Shown here piece after piece: positions 15,808 through 18,447 of a DNA stretch of 18,447 nt. The stretch lies in NCBI GenBank assembly GCA_046536775.1, contig JAWDMD010000009.1, positions 1-18,447 of the forward strand. The letters are read 5' to 3'. This stretch comes from Candidatus Nanopusillus sp. (lineage in GTDB: Archaea; Nanobdellota; Nanobdellia; Nanobdellales; Nanobdellaceae). The notes under the pieces are model-generated. The model did not search any database. It saw only the letters and a list, made by a program, of their open reading frames with translations, and had not been told where the DNA came from. Each line of letters opens with the position of its first letter. Positions within the stretch are counted from its first letter, which is position 1. A program made the translations under genes and the position numbers.

Positions 15808-16383
15808 ATGGATTCAAAACTAGTATCATTATTAAAAGAGAACAAAAAAATTGTTACTGTATCATCTAGTAATTTACCAATATCCAGAAAAGATTCTGAA
15901 ATAGTTGGAAGATTTATTAAATATTTAACAATACCATATGCAAAGAAATATTTGGAAATGGTTATTGAAAAGAAGATTGCAATTCCATATTATAGATATA
16001 AGAAAAAACAAGCACACCATAAAAATGTAATGGGAAAAGTTCCATATGGAAGATATCCAATTAAGGTTTCAAAATATTTTATTAAACTACTAAATTCTTT
16101 AGAAAATAATGCAAAAAATCTTGGATTAGATCCTAACAAAGTTGTAATTGTTTCTGTTAACGTTTCTAAAGGAGATAAGTTCCCTGGAAGATTAAGGGTT
16201 GTAAAGATAAAGGGAGGTCCTAATGGGGTAAGGAGAACATTAATTGTTGTTCATAAGAAAGCATCCCATATTAAAATATATGGATTATATTTAGAATCTT
16301 TAGATACATCTAAGAAGTTAAAAAGAAAAAGCTTAAAACAAATCGTTAAACAAATAATAGAAGAATGGCATCAAAAAATATAG
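15808..16383 (+). CDS. rpl22: Ribosomal protein uL22, with a C-terminal extension
   Basis: NLPISRKDSEIVGRFIKYLTIPYAKKYLEMVIEKKIAIPY..., ...NNAKNLGLDPNKVVIVSVNVSKG and RTLIVVHKKASHIKI. It is followed by uS3, as in the canonical S10 operon. Confidence 0.85.
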   Translation: MDSKLVSLLKENKKIVTVSSSNLPISRKDSEIVGRFIKYLTIPYAKKYLEMVIEKKIAIPYYRYKKKQAHHKNVMGKVPYGRYPIKVSKYFIKLLNSLENNAKNLGLDPNKVVIVSVNVSKGDKFPGRLRVVKIKGGPNGVRRTLIVVHKKASHIKIYGLYLESLDTSKKLKRKSLKQIVKQIIEEWHQKI

Positions 16384-17042
16384 AAGAACTATTAAAAGAA
16401 CAAAAAATACAAGCAATCCTAGATAGAACTTTAAAAAGCAGATTTAAAGGTAAATTAATTAGTAAAGTTGAATATTTCAAGGTTTCAATGGGTACAAAGG
16501 TTATTATACATTGTGCAAGACCAAGATTAGTTCTAGGAAGATCAAATGAAAATTTAGATGAAATTAAAAGAATTGTAGAAAATATCGCAAATGTTAAAGA
16601 TCCAAGTATAGAGGTTGTTGGTATTGAAAATCCTTTGTTAGATTCTGAAATTGTTGCAGATTTAATTGCATCTCAGATAGAAAGATATGGAAATAGAGCA
16701 ATAAGAAGAATTATGCAAAGAGTAATGGAACAAGTAATGCAGGCTGGTGCTTTAGGTATTGAAGTAAGAGTTACTGGAAAATTAATTGGAGATAGAACAT
16801 CTACAATAAGAGAACAAAGAGGATATATTAAAAAATCTGGAGAATTAAATAAAATAATTGGAAAGAGTATAAGGCATGCAAAATTGTCTTCTGGAGTACT
16901 TGGAGTGCAGGTCAGAATATTAAGATCAACAGATAAATTACCAGATAGAATAAAGATAAAGGATTTATCGGAAATAAAACCTGAAGAATTAGAAAAAATA
17001 GATCCTTCTTTATTAGAAAAATTATCTAAACAGGGTCAATAA
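16365..17042 (+). CDS. rps3: Ribosomal protein uS3
   Basis: A KH domain plus GALGIEVRVTGKLIGDRTSTIREQRGYIKKSGE...GVLGVQVRI. Confidence 0.92.
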   Translation: MASKNIEELLKEQKIQAILDRTLKSRFKGKLISKVEYFKVSMGTKVIIHCARPRLVLGRSNENLDEIKRIVENIANVKDPSIEVVGIENPLLDSEIVADLIASQIERYGNRAIRRIMQRVMEQVMQAGALGIEVRVTGKLIGDRTSTIREQRGYIKKSGELNKIIGKSIRHAKLSSGVLGVQVRILRSTDKLPDRIKIKDLSEIKPEELEKIDPSLLEKLSKQGQ

Positions 17043-17987
17043 TTATTTTAATCTATCAATAAATATTTTTATAATATCCTTTGAATTTAATATTCCCAAA
17101 GTTCCTTTTATACATTTTCTTTCAGAGAAATTTTTTACAAACCCATATCTTGAATATTTTGAATATATCATAACAGGTACAGGATCTGAGATGTGTCTTC
17201 CTTTAATTGATGATGTAGAATGATCTCCTGTAATCAATATTGAATCAAAATATTCTTTTATTCTTTTTATTAGATATTCATCAATTTCTTCAATTACTTT
17301 TTTCTTTTTAAATGGTTCTTTTAAGTGAGATAAAATATCTGGAGCCCTTATATGAATAAATATTATATCATATTTATTTCTATTTGCTATTGCATATTCT
17401 GAAAATGAAAATAAATTTTCATTAATCTTTCCAGTAGTTCCAAAAGGTTTTTCATAATCAATCTTTAAATATTTTGCAATTGATAAATGTATAGGACTTG
17501 ATGATAAATATAATGCCTTTATTTTATATCTATTTTCAAATAAATCTTTTTTATTTAAATCTTTATATATAATTTTGTTTTTTATCTTATATTTCTTTAA
17601 TTTTTCAATTATTTCTTTATCATAATTATCAAAAATCAATATATAATCATTATCCTTATACTTTATTATATCATATATATCTTTTATTTTTGGTTCCTCT
17701 TTTGATTTTATTTCAATTAAAAATTGATTTTCCTTTAGTTCTTTATATATTAATGCTTTAAATATTAATTCATTATATTTAAAATTATAACCCAATAACG
17801 ATAAATTTGATTCGATACATTTTGGAATATGTCCTCTTTCTTTTGTATATAATAATCCACATTCTGAATATCTTACCAATCTATCAATATTTTGTTTTTT
17901 AGTATCTTCTAATGGTGTTTTATGTCTTAACTCTTTAATTAGATTATCACCCAATCCATCTAATATAATAAATATTCCTTTATCCAT
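17043..17987 (-). CDS. apgM: Archaeal-type cofactor-independent phosphoglycerate mutase (ApgM-like, alkaline-phosphatase superfamily); short form
   Basis: IFIILDGLGD at the N-terminus, NLSLLGYNF, and ITGDHSTSS...H..DPVPV near the C-terminus match ApgM motifs. At 314 aa it is shorter than the ~400-aa proteins I recall for this family. Confidence 0.65.
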   Translation of the reverse strand: MDKGIFIILDGLGDNLIKELRHKTPLEDTKKQNIDRLVRYSECGLLYTKERGHIPKCIESNLSLLGYNFKYNELIFKALIYKELKENQFLIEIKSKEEPKIKDIYDIIKYKDNDYILIFDNYDKEIIEKLKKYKIKNKIIYKDLNKKDLFENRYKIKALYLSSSPIHLSIAKYLKIDYEKPFGTTGKINENLFSFSEYAIANRNKYDIIFIHIRAPDILSHLKEPFKKKKVIEEIDEYLIKRIKEYFDSILITGDHSTSSIKGRHISDPVPVMIYSKYSRYGFVKNFSERKCIKGTLGILNSKDIIKIFIDRLK

Positions 17988-18026
17988 ATTATTTAAATTA
18001 TTAAAATTTCTAAATATAATTATTAA

Positions 18027-18110
18027 GCGGCGGTGCCCGAGTGGTCAAAGGGGCTGGGCTCAAGACCCAGTGGAGTAGATCCGTCGGGGGTTCAAATCCC
18101 CTCCGCCGCA
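18027..18110 (+). tRNA. tRNA-Leu (anticodon CAA), class II with a long variable arm; no encoded CCA
   Basis: GCGGCGG-UG-CCCG-AGUGGUCAA-AGGG-G-CUGGG-CUCAAGA-CCCAG-UGGAGUAGAUCCGUC-GGGGG-UUCAAAU-CCCCU-CCGCCGC-A. Confidence 0.92.
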
Positions 18111-18237
18111 TAGATTGTTTTTATAATTTTAGATAATGTTATTAAAAACGATATTCTCCACTTCTTTCTTCTACCATGATATTTTATCACAGCCCTGAAA
18201 TAAATTTATATATATAAATATAAGAAATTTAATAATC

Positions 18238-18309
18238 GGGCCCGTAGTCTAGTCGTAGGATGTCGGCCTTGCAAGCCGGAGATCCCGGGTTCAAATCCCG
18301 GCGGGTCCA
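18238..18309 (+). tRNA. tRNA-Ala (anticodon UGC) with the G3:U70 identity pair; no encoded CCA
   Basis: GGGCCCG-UA-GUCU-AGUCGUA-GGAU-G-UCGGC-CUUGCAA-GCCGG-AGAUC-CCGGG-UUCAAAU-CCCGG-CGGGUCC-A. The D-loop is short (7 nt) and reads GU where G18-G19 is expected. A TTTATATA box at 18205-18212 is centred ~26 nt before the mature 5' end. Confidence 0.9.
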
Positions 18310-18335
18310 CTTTTATTTTTTAAAATTATAAAAAA

Positions 18336-18447
18336 TTAAGCAATTATACATTCTGACCATCCACAATCCATACATACAACACAACCAGCTTCATGTTTTA
18401 ATCTTGTAGATCCACATACAGGACATTTTTCAATTTTGTTATTTTCA
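18336..18447 (-). CDS. 3' end of a gene that runs off the window; C-terminal 4-Cys(+) zinc ribbon, possibly a ribonucleotide reductase C-terminus
   Basis: My own minus-strand translation: ...ENNKIEKCPVCGSTRLKHEAGCVVCMDCGWSECIIA*. The CPxCG...GCxxCxxCGWSxC tail resembles the C-termini I recall for archaeal class II/III RNRs. This is memory-based and uncertain. Confidence 0.4.
   Translation of the reverse strand, partial: ENNKIEKCPVCGSTRLKHEAGCVVCMDCGWSECIIA

Noticed and set aside
18111-18237. Possible C/D-box sRNA or micro-ORF in the tRNA-Leu/tRNA-Ala spacer
   Set aside because: An AUGAUAU C-box-like element and a CUGA lie only ~13 nt apart. There are no C'/D' boxes or terminal pairing. The only ORF (minus strand, MVEERSGEYRF) is 11 aa. 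Nothing here is supportable.
1-18447. CRISPR arrays, transposases/IS elements, integrases, toxin-antitoxin or known defence genes
   Set aside because: I found no regularly spaced direct repeats and no recognisable mobile-element or defence protein signatures on either strand.

Overview
The window looks like a very AT-rich, tightly packed archaeal chromosome segment. Its stable RNAs (23S rRNA, three tRNAs, one unclassified RNA) are markedly GC-rich. That contrast is typical of a hyperthermophile with a reduced genome. Scrambled ribosomal-protein operons, a 23S gene with no 16S upstream, overlapping genes and a truncated or split gene all point to a Nanoarchaeota/DPANN-like organism; this lineage call is inference only. 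Contents, left to right: the 5' ~2.07 kb of a 23S rRNA (minus strand); archaeal-type ProRS with a large insertion; a 230-nt GC-rich structured RNA with its own TATA box; an overlapping plus-strand cluster (micro-ORF, 150-aa helical protein, MinD-like ATPase, Dph2 N-terminal fragment, small membrane protein); a HAD hydrolase; a ChlI/MoxR-like AAA+ ATPase plus VWA protein; eL37-uS5-uL30-uL16 (minus); a GT2 polyprenol-phosphate glycosyltransferase; HisRS (minus); uL15-eL19; a 67-aa protein; tRNA-Glu; three small membrane-anchored proteins rich in N-glycosylation sequons (pilin-like); uL22-uS3; an ApgM-like phosphoglycerate mutase; tRNA-Leu(CAA); tRNA-Ala(UGC); and the 3' end of a zinc-ribbon protein. 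I saw no CRISPR array, transposase or recognisable defence genes. The best leads are the unclassified structured RNA (3873-4102), the three pilin-like genes (14757-15765), the truncated or split dph2, and the AAA+/VWA pair separated by an A6 tract that is one base away from fusing them.
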